Sequence record: OR565851
Strand: one strand, 5' to 3'
Source of the DNA: Citrobacter phage Shae_phiSM
DNA: 36,753 nucleotides
Part shown: one piece after another, positions 9,155 through 18,251 of the stretch
How positions within the stretch are numbered: position 1 is the stretch's first letter
How the letters are laid out: each line of letters opens with the position of its first letter
Program-made: the position numbers and the translations under genes
The notes under the pieces: generated by a model
Told to the model about the DNA's origin: nothing
What the model saw: only the letters and a program-made list of their open reading frames with translations
Database searches by the model: none

Positions 9155-9190
9155 AAAAACCGCTAATGGTCAGATTAGCGGTTTTCATTT
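9155..9190. terminator. bidirectional rho-independent terminator between convergent U and invertase genes
   Basis: aaaaaccgctaat-ggtcag-attagcggtttt: 12-bp perfect stem flanked by an A-run and a T-run; the invertase stop codon lies in the stem. Confidence 0.7.
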
Positions 9191-9774
9191 TCCTGAGTCT
9201 GCCCGGTTGTTTCTTCAGTCTGTATATCGCCTACAGGGTGATAACGATAAATCGTCGATGTGCCAATGCCGTAAATTATTGCCAGTTGTTTTCTGTCGTG
9301 CCCGTTTTTGATTAGCCTTGCTATTTGCTCATGCTGTTCTTTTGTCAGCTTCGGTCGACGTCCGCCTGTGCGCCCCCTTGCGCGCGCTGCCGCCAGCCCG
9401 GCCAGTGTACGTTCAACAATTAATTCACGTTCCATTTCAGCCAGGGCACCCATCACGTGGAAGAAAAAACGCCCCATTGGAGAAGATGTGTCTATGCTGT
9501 CGGTCAGACTGCGAAAATTAATCCCTCGCTCCCGTAGTTCCCCGACGAGAGAAATCAGATGTTTCATGCTTCGCCCGAGGCGATCCAGTTTCCAGACAAC
9601 CAGCGTGTCACCTTTTTGAAGGCGCTTTAAAGCGCGTTTTAATCCCGGTCGGTCTGTCTTTGTCCCGCTTAATTTATCTTCAAATATTTGTTCACATCCT
9701 GCACAAACAAGAGCGTTTCGTTGCAGGTCTGTATTCTGGTCATTTGTTGATACCCTTACATAGCCAATCAGCAC
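9175..9774 (-). CDS. serine DNA invertase (Gin/Hin/Cin/Pin family)
   Basis: ORF 9175..9792 trimmed to GTG at 9774 (SD GGGAGA upstream); begins LIGYVRVSTNDQNTDLQRNAL... with the catalytic-Ser motif, a resolvase domain and a C-terminal HTH; adjacent to a gix/hix-like crossover site. Confidence 0.9.
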   Translation of the reverse strand: MLIGYVRVSTNDQNTDLQRNALVCAGCEQIFEDKLSGTKTDRPGLKRALKRLQKGDTLVVWKLDRLGRSMKHLISLVGELRERGINFRSLTDSIDTSSPMGRFFFHVMGALAEMERELIVERTLAGLAAARARGRTGGRRPKLTKEQHEQIARLIKNGHDRKQLAIIYGIGTSTIYRYHPVGDIQTEETTGQTQENENR

Positions 9775-9828
9775 ACTGAATCTCCCGTCCAAAAGCGCAA
9801 ATCATGCCATGCAGGCCAGAAACGGCCA

Positions 9829-9854
9829 TTATTTAAAACCTCGGTTTACGAGAA
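9829..9854. repeat. gix/hix-like crossover site 1 (left end of invertible segment)
   Basis: ttatttaaaacctcggtttacgagaa; inverted copy at 12507-12532; shared core aacctcggtttac; resembles invertase crossover sites as I remember them. Confidence 0.75.
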
Positions 9855-10550
9855 CTCGGCACAAGCGGGGAGAAAATACCGTTACTCAGTACAGCGAATA
9901 CCTGGACTAATCGACAAACATTCAGCGGTGGCCTTTCTGGGGAACTGTCCGGCAATGCCGCTACTGCAACAAAGCTGAAAACAGCACGAAAAATTGCTGG
10001 AGTTGGTTTTGATGGTTCTAGCGATATTTCAATTAGTGCCAAAAATGTCAATGCATTTGCACTCCGACAAACAGGTAATACTGTTAATGGTGATACATCC
10101 GTTGGATGGAATTGGGATAGTGGTGCATATAACGCCCTGATTGGTGGTGCATCTGCATTAATTCTTCACTTTAATATAAATGCTGGTAGCTGTCCTGCCG
10201 TACAATTCCGTGTGAATTATAAAAATGGTGGCATTTCCTACAGGTCAGCTCGTGATGGTTATGGGTTTGAATTAGGTTGGTCAGATTTCTATACCACGAC
10301 ACGAAAACCATCAGCGGGAGATGTTGGTGCATATACGCAGGCAGAATGTAACTCAAGGTTTATTACAGGTATTCGCCTTGGCGGTCTGTCATCTGTTCAG
10401 ACATGGAATGGTCCCGGCTGGTCTGACAGGTCAGGTTATGTCGTTACGGGTTCAGTTAACGGAAACCGTGATGAATTAATTGATACAACTCAGGCAAGGC
10501 CAATTCAGTATTGCATTAATGGAACGTGGTATAACGCGGGGAGTATTTAA
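9837..10550 (+). CDS. silent alternative tail-fibre C-terminal cassette (no start; fuses to H on inversion)
   Basis: Frame open from 9837 (just after a stop) through the crossover core to 10550; encodes NLGLRELGTSGEK...SGGLSGE... and ends INGTWYNAGSI, parallel to the current H C-terminus ...INGTWYNVAQV; core ctc-ggt-tta is in the same frame as in H. Confidence 0.7.
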   Translation, partial: NLGLRELGTSGEKIPLLSTANTWTNRQTFSGGLSGELSGNAATATKLKTARKIAGVGFDGSSDISISAKNVNAFALRQTGNTVNGDTSVGWNWDSGAYNALIGGASALILHFNINAGSCPAVQFRVNYKNGGISYRSARDGYGFELGWSDFYTTTRKPSAGDVGAYTQAECNSRFITGIRLGGLSSVQTWNGPGWSDRSGYVVTGSVNGNRDELIDTTQARPIQYCINGTWYNAGSI

Positions 10551-10552
10551 TT

Positions 10553-11086
10553 ATGATGCACTTAAAAAATATTACTGCTGGCAACCCTAAAACAAAAGAG
10601 CAATACCAGCTAACAAAGCAATTTAACATCAAATGGCTTTATACAGAGGATGGGAAAAACTGGTATGAGGAACAAAAGAACTTTCAGCCTGATACGTTGA
10701 AAATGGTCTATGACCACAACGACGTTATTATTTGTATTGAAAAGGATGTTTCAGCAATTAATCCAGAAGGCGCAAGCGTCGTTGAGGTTCCTGATATTAC
10801 AGCAAATCGCCGGGCTGATATTTCGGGTAAATGGATGTTCAAAGATGGCGTAGTGATAAAGCGAACTTATACCGAGGAGGAACAGAGGCAGCAGGCAGAG
10901 AATGAAAAGCAAAGCCTATTGCAACTTGTCAGGGATAAAACCCAGCTATGGGACTCACAGCTACGGCTGGGTATCATTTCCAACGAGAATAAACAAAAAT
11001 TAACCGAGTGGATGCTCTATGCGCAGAAGGTCGAATCCACAGACACCTCCAGCCTGCCAGTAACGTTTCCAGAACAACCAGAATGA
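10553..11086 (+). CDS. tail fibre assembly protein, alternative (silent orientation)
   Basis: 177 aa, [22 protein letters not shown]..., paralogue of the 11115..11642 gene; directly follows the alternative C-terminal cassette. Confidence 0.85.
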   Translation: MMHLKNITAGNPKTKEQYQLTKQFNIKWLYTEDGKNWYEEQKNFQPDTLKMVYDHNDVIICIEKDVSAINPEGASVVEVPDITANRRADISGKWMFKDGVVIKRTYTEEEQRQQAENEKQSLLQLVRDKTQLWDSQLRLGIISNENKQKLTEWMLYAQKVESTDTSSLPVTFPEQPE

Positions 11087-11114
11087 AACAAGGCCCGCTA
11101 TCGGGCCTTAATTT

Positions 11115-11642
11115 TTACTCAGGCTTTTGTGGCCATTCGGGATTTGCTGTATCCACACGGCTGACCAGAACGCTGTAGCGTTCCCATGACTCCAGTCGTG
11201 TGCGTTCCTCATCCGTCGCCATATTCAGCCTGACAGCGCGTTCCAGTGGCTGAATAACGCTTTCAGCTTCAGAAAGCAACGCGACCTTTTGTGATTCGGC
11301 CTGTTGTTGCTGTTCGTCTGCTGTATAAATCCGCTTAAACACAGTTCCGTCCTTAAACATCCACTTCCCTGAATCATCGGCACGACGATTGGCTGTTATA
11401 TCAGGAACTTCAACGACGCTATAGCCTTCAGGGTTAAGCGTGGAGGCATCTTTGGTGATGGCGACAATAATATTATTCTCGTCATAAAGAATTTTTATTG
11501 TGTCTTCCTGAAAGTTCTTTAATTCCTCGTACCAGTTTTTCCCGTCTTCGGACCATAACCAGATAACATCAAAATTCTTTGTTAGCTGATATTGTTCTTT
11601 TGTTTTTGGATTTCCGGACTTAATATTTTTTAAATGCTGCAT
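11115..11642 (-). CDS. G: tail fibre assembly protein (currently expressed orientation)
   Basis: 175 aa, [22 protein letters not shown]...; directly downstream of H. Confidence 0.85.
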   Translation of the reverse strand: MQHLKNIKSGNPKTKEQYQLTKNFDVIWLWSEDGKNWYEELKNFQEDTIKILYDENNIIVAITKDASTLNPEGYSVVEVPDITANRRADDSGKWMFKDGTVFKRIYTADEQQQQAESQKVALLSEAESVIQPLERAVRLNMATDEERTRLESWERYSVLVSRVDTANPEWPQKPE

Positions 11643-11645
11643 AAT

Positions 11646-13664
11646 TTACACCTGTGCGACGTTATACCATGTGCCATTGATGTATTTTTGTATTGGTCTG
11701 AAGATGGCTTCATCATCGCCATCTACTTCACCAATGATTCTTAATCCGGTAATTGCGTGTCCGGCTTTTTCATAACGACCACCACGCGCCATCAATTGAA
11801 CAACACGCGTACCCAGGCGAACATCTTTTACATAGCGTGAATCAAAATTCCCCCAGTTGCTGGGCTGTATCTGACCGTTAACAGAAAATATTACCGAGTT
11901 ATCTGTATTTCGCTGGCTATAGAAATGCCATCCTGCCTCATCGCCTAACTCTGCAACTACTGGACGGGTTGAAGCACCCCATAAATTAAACGTTGCATTC
12001 TTTGTGGAGGTGTTGGAGCTGGATAGCGAGAACTTTTTACTATCACCTGCCTGAATGTTTTTAAAAGCAATAGCAACTCCATTCTGAAAGCGGAATACTC
12101 GCTGACTATTAGCGTAAACATCCAGAATACCATCACCATTCTGTTTGAATCCGGTGTCATTATCACCAAGAACAATAGAGCTACCACCTAACGCATTCGT
12201 CGTACCAACTCCAAGACTGCCATTAATGACGGCATTTACCAGAATATTTAGTGCATCCCATTTCAGCGTCATCAGGTCTTTTGTTGTGGTGCTCTGGCGG
12301 CTTCTCCATTTGAAATATTCATTGCCGTTGTCGCCTGTTTCAAACCACATGTATGAATCAGTGTCACCATCAGCATCATTTTTAAATCCAATCTTCGCCC
12401 AGTCAGTATTTCGAATCCAGGCAAGGATTGAGTCATTTTCAAAAGTAAGCCCACCGGACAAGGTATCGCCATTTTTTTGCACGGCGTTACCAGCCCTGTT
12501 TACCGTTTCCTGTAAACCGAGGTATTCGATAACGGCGGCAACGGTCGATTTCGCAAGAATATCCCGCCCGACTTTTGTCAGAGTTGCCAGGCTGGCGACA
12601 TCATTCCCCGTAAAATACGGAAACCTGTCTGCCGCAGTAGCAAGCCCGGCCAGCGCCGTCAGGGTGGCATCTTTCGGTTGCTTACCCGCAAGCGCGTTAG
12701 TCATGGTGGTCGCAAAATTCGGGTCGTTGCCCAACGCCGCCGCCAGCTCGTTCAGCGTGTTCAGTGCATCAGGTGACGAATCTACAAGGGCGGCAATCGC
12801 AGCCATAACGAAAGCCGTGTTTGCGATTTGGGTATTATTCGTTCCCTGTCGCGCAGTTGGTGTTGTTGGCGTTCCGGTCAGCGCAGGACTGTTTAAGGGC
12901 GCTTTCTTGTTCGTTTCATCCATTACCGCCTTAACCGCTTTCGATGTCGCGGCCAGTGTTTCAGACGTGCTGTTGGTGGCACTACTGAGCTGGACTATCC
13001 CTTTTTGTGCCGTCGTGGCGTCCTGAGCGGTATATTTTGCGTTAGCAAGGTCATACGCGGCCTTTACTGCTTTCGGCGTTGCAGCCTGCGTTTCAGACAC
13101 GCTGTTAGTGGCGCTACTGAGTTGAACAAAGCCTTTTGCGGTCAGCGAGGCGTCCGGGTGACGTCGTGACTGTTCATGCTCTTTCAGTTTGTCATCCACG
13201 TAATCCACTGTGGCCATCACCATGGTGTTATCCACGGTAAGCGCCACGGTGGCTGTGCTGGATACGGTCAGAATGGTGCGAAATGTTTGTGCACGTCCGG
13301 ACCCTTCGGCAACGGTTGGCTTGTAACTTTCGGCAGTATTGCCCACCGCGATTAAATCGCCGTGCTCATCAAACACACCAATTTCCCGGATCCAGAATCC
13401 GCCCGTTTCAGGAGGAATAACCAGCTCCGCAATAATGCGGTTCTGATGTGTTGCGTCCAGGATGACGCGATTAACAGTATGTCGCCACACCTCATGCACC
13501 AGACGGGTCTGCTTACTGTCTGGTGTGGGCAACGTGCCGCCACCGTCGCCCACGGCCATATGAGTCAGGCGGACAGGCTTACCATCTGGCGCGGCTGCCT
13601 GCGCTAATTTTTTTGCACCCGTATCGGTGATAACGGTTTTAAATTTTCGTGTTGTGGTACTCAT
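11646..13664 (-). CDS. H: tail fibre protein H; constant N-terminus outside and variable C-terminus inside the invertible segment
   Basis: 672-aa ORF; the crossover site at 12507-12532 lies inside the coding region (encodes ...IEYLGLQETV...). Confidence 0.9.
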   Translation of the reverse strand: MSTTTRKFKTVITDTGAKKLAQAAAPDGKPVRLTHMAVGDGGGTLPTPDSKQTRLVHEVWRHTVNRVILDATHQNRIIAELVIPPETGGFWIREIGVFDEHGDLIAVGNTAESYKPTVAEGSGRAQTFRTILTVSSTATVALTVDNTMVMATVDYVDDKLKEHEQSRRHPDASLTAKGFVQLSSATNSVSETQAATPKAVKAAYDLANAKYTAQDATTAQKGIVQLSSATNSTSETLAATSKAVKAVMDETNKKAPLNSPALTGTPTTPTARQGTNNTQIANTAFVMAAIAALVDSSPDALNTLNELAAALGNDPNFATTMTNALAGKQPKDATLTALAGLATAADRFPYFTGNDVASLATLTKVGRDILAKSTVAAVIEYLGLQETVNRAGNAVQKNGDTLSGGLTFENDSILAWIRNTDWAKIGFKNDADGDTDSYMWFETGDNGNEYFKWRSRQSTTTKDLMTLKWDALNILVNAVINGSLGVGTTNALGGSSIVLGDNDTGFKQNGDGILDVYANSQRVFRFQNGVAIAFKNIQAGDSKKFSLSSSNTSTKNATFNLWGASTRPVVAELGDEAGWHFYSQRNTDNSVIFSVNGQIQPSNWGNFDSRYVKDVRLGTRVVQLMARGGRYEKAGHAITGLRIIGEVDGDDEAIFRPIQKYINGTWYNVAQV
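12507..12532. repeat. gix/hix-like crossover site 2 (inside H)
   Basis: ttcctgtaaaccgaggtattcgataa; reverse complement matches site 1 at about 21 of 26 positions, with an identical 13-bp core. Confidence 0.75.
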
Positions 13665-13666
13665 GC

Positions 13667-14197
13667 TTAATCGCCTGGATAAATGGTAATAACTTCACCG
13701 TCATAAGTTGCCGCCGCTGCGAAAATATCCCCTGGAATTTCCTGAATGATATTCAGCCCTGTCATGTGGCGGCTGACCGGGCGGGCATCAGCAATCAACC
13801 GCTCCATTTCCAGATACATTTCCTCCGTCACGCCACTGTCCAGTGTGCCGACTTCAACGGTAAATGTTCCCGGTTCTCCGCCGAACTCCCACCACTCAGA
13901 CACGCGAATGAGGTATCCCAGCGGTTCAATGGCCCTGCGCAGTGCGCTGATGGTCCCTTTGTGTCGGTGTATCAGCCATGCATCACGAATAACCTGTCGC
14001 TTTGTCTCTTCCGGCCAGTTGCGATCCCAGCGGTCAACGGAAAATGCCCAGGCGAGATAAGGCAGCAGATGCACCGGGCAGGTATCCGGCGACCACAGTG
14101 TGTTGAGGTCTACCGGAATGTCTGTAATGCGTGTTCCGATGGCTTCGGCACAACGCATGAAATTGCTGGCTGATGGTGGTAACAACGAATTACTCAT
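13667..14197 (-). CDS. I: baseplate assembly protein I
   Basis: ORF trimmed to the ATG at 14197 (MSNSLLPP...); 8-bp overlap with the J stop; P2 gpI-like. Confidence 0.8.
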   Translation of the reverse strand: MSNSLLPPSASNFMRCAEAIGTRITDIPVDLNTLWSPDTCPVHLLPYLAWAFSVDRWDRNWPEETKRQVIRDAWLIHRHKGTISALRRAIEPLGYLIRVSEWWEFGGEPGTFTVEVGTLDSGVTEEMYLEMERLIADARPVSRHMTGLNIIQEIPGDIFAAAATYDGEVITIYPGD

Positions 14198-15086
14198 TGC
14201 GCCCACCTTCGCTGATGGTGAATGACTCACAGCGCGCCGCCTGTATGTCGCTGATGGCCATATTCTGTGTGGGTTCGATTATCTCCACGCGTTGCACACC
14301 GTGCACATGCAGTGCGGCAGCAATGGCGGACAACGCCACGTCCTGACCGATAAGCCCCTGCTCAGCCAGCCACTTCCTGAACGACGATTCAGCCGCAGCC
14401 AGAATAGGTTCGGATTCCGGGCCGGGATAAAAGTACAGTTTTGCATTCAGCCGCCATGTCACGATTCTGGCACTCTGTACGGTCAGGCGGTCGGCCACCG
14501 GGCGGGCATCCTCTGCATTCAGAACGGCGCTAACGGTATTAAGCAACGCCTCCGTTGCTGTGCCGTCGCCTTCAGTGGACAGGATGGAAACCGTCACATT
14601 TGCCGGAGACGGACTGATAGCCCGCGCATCACGCACCAGACCGCTGGCGCTGCGGGCAAAATACTCGTATGCACCTGACGGGCCAGCAACACTCAGGCCG
14701 TCGTACGCCCGCTGCGCCCGCAGTCTCAGCGAGGTGTCGCTCTCCATCACCGCGTCGGTGGTATCCGTTGCCGGAGTGATAACCAGGCGCTTTGTGTTCA
14801 TATTGCCCGCGAGGTTGTCCAGGTCTGTCCCGGCGCTGTGGCTTAACATGCAGGCGCGTGCACCCTCATTGACCCGCTGGCGTAACAGCATTTCACGAAA
14901 CGCTGTTGTCTGGGCGATAACGTTCAGTGGTTCCGATTCCAGCTCCAGCGCGGCGGAGACGGCTTCACGCTGTTCGGCGGGATAAGCCGCAATCATCATG
15001 GCCTTTGTGTCAGCCAGAATTGCCTCAAAGTCAGGCTCCGCGATGATGGCGGGTTCCGGTAACTGGGAAAGGTCAACGGCAGGCAT
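14190..15086 (-). CDS. J: baseplate assembly protein J
   Basis: 298-aa ORF in gpJ position and size. Confidence 0.85.
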   Translation of the reverse strand: MPAVDLSQLPEPAIIAEPDFEAILADTKAMMIAAYPAEQREAVSAALELESEPLNVIAQTTAFREMLLRQRVNEGARACMLSHSAGTDLDNLAGNMNTKRLVITPATDTTDAVMESDTSLRLRAQRAYDGLSVAGPSGAYEYFARSASGLVRDARAISPSPANVTVSILSTEGDGTATEALLNTVSAVLNAEDARPVADRLTVQSARIVTWRLNAKLYFYPGPESEPILAAAESSFRKWLAEQGLIGQDVALSAIAAALHVHGVQRVEIIEPTQNMAISDIQAARCESFTISEGGRNE

Positions 15087-15089
15087 GAT

Positions 15090-15440
15090 TTACTCCCTCA
15101 GCGTGATGGTTAATTCAACATTCTGCATGGTCTGCATGACAGTGCCCGACAGAGTCACCCCGGCGCGGCCTCCTGCCTTCCAGACAACGTCGATGGCATC
15201 CAGGGCAATGCGGGGTTCCCATCGTGTCAGCGCAATCACGGCAGCACTCATGCATTGCAGACGCGTGGTGTTATTCATGGGTTCGTCAATCAAATCAGGC
15301 ACAAGGCTGCCATATTCCCGTCGCATAACCCGGCTTGCCAGCGGGGTGGTCAGGATGTCCCTGACTGACTGTTTCAGGTGCTCCATATCGTTCAGGTTTC
15401 CCGTCCCGTCCGGATTCATTCCTGTGTAGCGGGTTGTCAC
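15090..15440 (-). CDS. W: baseplate protein W (gp25-like)
   Basis: 116-aa ORF between V and J. Confidence 0.8.
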   Translation of the reverse strand: MTTRYTGMNPDGTGNLNDMEHLKQSVRDILTTPLASRVMRREYGSLVPDLIDEPMNNTTRLQCMSAAVIALTRWEPRIALDAIDVVWKAGGRAGVTLSGTVMQTMQNVELTITLRE

Positions 15441-16018
15441 TGCGGGCCTCCTGTCGAATCGCTGCCGCCTTTCACGCCACCGTGTTTATGCGTATGCACG
15501 GTAATGCCGTTTGAGGTGAAATTGCCGCCGCTGTGCGTGATATTGCCGCTCATCTTTCCTCCTTTTGTGACGTCAAGCGTCGCCGTTCTCAGAAGGTTTG
15601 TGCATTCCACGACGGGCGTATCCAGTTTCACGCTGACGGATGCCTGCAAAGTGGCCGTTTTCATGCCGCTGGCGCTCAGTGCGCCTGCGTCCGCGTCGTA
15701 GCGGAACACCGCGCCATCCGGCGCGCTGACCACGATTTCTTTCAGGCTTTTGCCGGGGGCCGGAATGGTATCACTCCACAGACTGCCGATTATCATGGCG
15801 GTTTCCGGGTTGCCGCCGATGCAGGCAATTGCCACCTGTTCGCCTGGTGATGGCGGCAGCCACACATTGAAGGCTCCCGCGCGCGTGGTGTTCCAGCGCA
15901 ACCAGCCTGTTTCCAGTTCGCCGCTGCGAACGCGCACGCACCAGGATTCCTCATCAACTTCAGAGATGATCCCGGTGCGGATGATGTTGCTCAGCAGTCG
16001 CATGAGTTCTGCGCTCAC
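15437..16018 (-). CDS. V: baseplate spike/assembly protein V
   Basis: 193-aa ORF with Gly-rich C-terminus; 4-bp overlaps with its neighbours. Confidence 0.8.
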   Translation of the reverse strand: MSAELMRLLSNIIRTGIISEVDEESWCVRVRSGELETGWLRWNTTRAGAFNVWLPPSPGEQVAIACIGGNPETAMIIGSLWSDTIPAPGKSLKEIVVSAPDGAVFRYDADAGALSASGMKTATLQASVSVKLDTPVVECTNLLRTATLDVTKGGKMSGNITHSGGNFTSNGITVHTHKHGGVKGGSDSTGGPQ

Positions 16019-16659
16019 CGTACAGCCTCCGCAATCCGGCCCAGCACCGTGTTATAAATCAGGCGCTCATCTGCCTGGCTGATACCCAACAGCTCACGTA
16101 CCGGGTAATCGGTGAAAATGCCCGGCGCAACCTGATCGCGCTCACCGAACTGATGAACGCGTGCAATACGTGCGGCCACGCCGCTGTAACCCACCGTCAC
16201 ACCGGAAGTATCCGCACGGGCTTTCAGGTAGCGGGCGGTGCGCAGTTTTACGAACATGGGGACGCGCTTTGTGCTGTCCTGGTTGATGCGCCGGGTGCGT
16301 ATTTCCAGAAAACGGTCGATGTCATCCCGGTAAAACGTGCGGATATTGTTTTTATCCTCATCCCACCCGGTAATGGTTCGCCCGTATTTCCCCGTGTCGT
16401 GATGCCAGTTTTTCAGCGTGCGTGCTTCGTTATTCCAGATAAAGCGAATGCGTTCCTGTATCCGGGTTACGCGGCGTCTGCGTGGTGTCCACGCGGTCCC
16501 GTCCGGCGCTTTCTGTGACCGGATACGCGCCTGCTGGGCGCGGCGTAAATCCTGTGCCAGCTTTCTGGCGATGTTATTAATGGCCTGCTGATTCAGGCTG
16601 TCGCGGATGGCCTCAAAGGTTTCATCCACACGGGTGAATGCCTTATCCATCGCTTTCAC
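16015..16659 (-). CDS. S: virion morphogenesis / tail completion protein (gpS-like)
   Basis: 214-aa ORF in gpS position; longer than P2 S, start uncertain. Confidence 0.65.
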   Translation of the reverse strand: MKAMDKAFTRVDETFEAIRDSLNQQAINNIARKLAQDLRRAQQARIRSQKAPDGTAWTPRRRRVTRIQERIRFIWNNEARTLKNWHHDTGKYGRTITGWDEDKNNIRTFYRDDIDRFLEIRTRRINQDSTKRVPMFVKLRTARYLKARADTSGVTVGYSGVAARIARVHQFGERDQVAPGIFTDYPVRELLGISQADERLIYNTVLGRIAEAVR

Positions 16660-17110
16660 CCCACGTCACATCCTGGAATACATGCGACCAGTCGCCTTCG
16701 GAAGAGGGCAGGCGGGGTTTTGGCTCCGGCAGGTGTTCTGCCTGCGGTGTGCCCTGACTGCTGCGCGTGATGCGAACGCGTTCCCGCAGGGGGAGCGTAA
16801 ACAGGAGATCGGCGCTGTCATCGTCATTGATAACGGCGGAGAATTTGATGTCCTGATTACGCTCAGGGTTGAGCAACAACTGTGGCTGATTTTCGGATAA
16901 CCACGCCAGCAGCGGCAGCGTGAGGTCATCCAGCTCCCCGGCGTAATCCATGACAAACATCACCATCTGATAGCGGTAAACAAACGATGGGGTTTCTCCT
17001 GTCGTTTCAATGTTGCCGCTCTCCACGAAAATGGTGAATTTTTCCGGGTTGGCCTGACACCATCGGCATGAACGGGTCATGGCTTCACGCAGGGAATCAG
17101 TTTTCAGCAT
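16643..17110 (-). CDS. R: tail completion protein R
   Basis: 155-aa ORF in gpR position. Confidence 0.75.
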   Translation of the reverse strand: MLKTDSLREAMTRSCRWCQANPEKFTIFVESGNIETTGETPSFVYRYQMVMFVMDYAGELDDLTLPLLAWLSENQPQLLLNPERNQDIKFSAVINDDDSADLLFTLPLRERVRITRSSQGTPQAEHLPEPKPRLPSSEGDWSHVFQDVTWGESDG

Positions 17111-17387
17111 GGTTGTTATCCTCGTTGTTCAGTCGTTGCAGCCTGCGCTGTTCCAGTAATTCAATGGCCCGTTTATCCGCGTTACAGGTTTCCAGTGCAT
17201 CCAGAAGGCGGTCGCCCCATATACCGAGATTTCCCCATGTGGGAGTATCAGGGAAGGGGGGAGGCGTTACCGGTATGGTCAGCGTCTGTGGTATAAGCCG
17301 GACTGACGGCGCTGGCAGTGGCGCGTTCTGCGTGCCTGCGCAACCTGTCAGTAAAACGAGCGTCAGGCAAAGCGTGGGCGCATTCAT
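17097..17387 (-). CDS. lysC: o-spanin lipoprotein (LysC/Rz1-like)
   Basis: MNAPTLCLTLVLLTGCAG...: lipobox LTGC, proline-rich; overlaps the 3' end of the i-spanin gene in another frame; ORF trimmed to the ATG at 17387. Confidence 0.7.
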   Translation of the reverse strand: MNAPTLCLTLVLLTGCAGTQNAPLPAPSVRLIPQTLTIPVTPPPFPDTPTWGNLGIWGDRLLDALETCNADKRAIELLEQRRLQRLNNEDNNHAEN

Positions 17388-17655
17388 CTTTTGCAATATC
17401 GTTACGTAGCTGTTCACGTCTGGCCTCTCCGTCCTGATTGCGTTGCTGATTTTCCGTGCGGAGTTGTGCCAGCACCTGCTGCATATCCTGTACCCCGGCG
17501 CTGATGATATTCAGGGTGTCGACGGTACTTTTCAGGGTGCTGGCCTGCGCTTCGTTTCTGGCGTTCTCCCGGCCCAGCGACCACGACAGACGCACGGATG
17601 CTCCCCATACGGCAATCAGAAGAAAAGCGACGCCCGGAGAAGTCCATAACCTCAT
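17248..17655 (-). CDS. lysB: i-spanin (LysB/Rz-like)
   Basis: 135 aa with N-terminal TM helix then a charged, coiled-coil-like region; directly downstream of the endolysin gene. Confidence 0.7.
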   Translation of the reverse strand: MRLWTSPGVAFLLIAVWGASVRLSWSLGRENARNEAQASTLKSTVDTLNIISAGVQDMQQVLAQLRTENQQRNQDGEARREQLRNDIAKDECAHALPDARFTDRLRRHAERATASAVSPAYTTDADHTGNASPLP

Positions 17656-18197
17656 ACCGCCACGCGTTCCTTTATCCAGCCGTAGACAAACGACTCGTTG
17701 GCTTCGCGTTTTTCTGCCAGCTCCAGATAGCGTTCACCCTGTGTACAGTTCAGTGCAGCTAACATCACCATCTCGCCGTCCCGACCGCGTTTTTCCAGAT
17801 ATGCACGCAATGCGTTAATCGTGCGTGGGCCAGTGCGTCCGTCCGTGTCCATATCGGGATACAGTTTCCCGCCCTGATTGAATGCGTTCAGCCAGCGCTG
17901 AAGCATTCTGGTTGCCACAGACGGTCCCATATTTACTCCGGTGTCACACAGTTCTGCGGCAATATCCGGGGACAGCTTCGCTATCTGATCAAAACGCGGT
18001 CCGTACCAGTAATCAGCTTCAAGGATTTCCAGTGCCTGTCCGCGCGTTAAATCACGCATATCGCCACGGTATCCGTGCGCCCGTGCCACCTTTTCAGTGA
18101 TGCCCCATTTTGTCGGACCGCCTCTGTCATCCGGGTGATTGACGTAGCCGCCTTCTTTGCCAAGAACGGCATCAAAAATTTCGTCTTTCGATTTCAT
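17652..18197 (-). CDS. endolysin, GH108-type muramidase with C-terminal peptidoglycan-binding domain
   Basis: 181 aa; N-terminal EGGYVNHPDDRGGPTKWGIT motif typical of glycoside hydrolase family 108; sits between holin and spanins. Confidence 0.75.
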   Translation of the reverse strand: MKSKDEIFDAVLGKEGGYVNHPDDRGGPTKWGITEKVARAHGYRGDMRDLTRGQALEILEADYWYGPRFDQIAKLSPDIAAELCDTGVNMGPSVATRMLQRWLNAFNQGGKLYPDMDTDGRTGPRTINALRAYLEKRGRDGEMVMLAALNCTQGERYLELAEKREANESFVYGWIKERVAV

Positions 18198-18251
18198 TTC
18201 GTCACCTCTGTGAATGATTTTTATGGTGATTACCGGCTTTAAGCCTGCGAC

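Larger units (their letters stand above)
9829..12532. other. invertible tail-fibre segment (about 2.7 kb), host-range switch
   Basis: Bounded by inverted 26-bp sites; holds two alternative tail-fibre C-terminal coding regions and two tail-fibre assembly genes in opposite orientations; invertase gene alongside. Confidence 0.8.

Noticed and set aside
12145-13026. 293-aa plus-strand ORF antisense to tail fibre H
   Set aside because: Antisense shadow ORF of a confident gene; low complexity.
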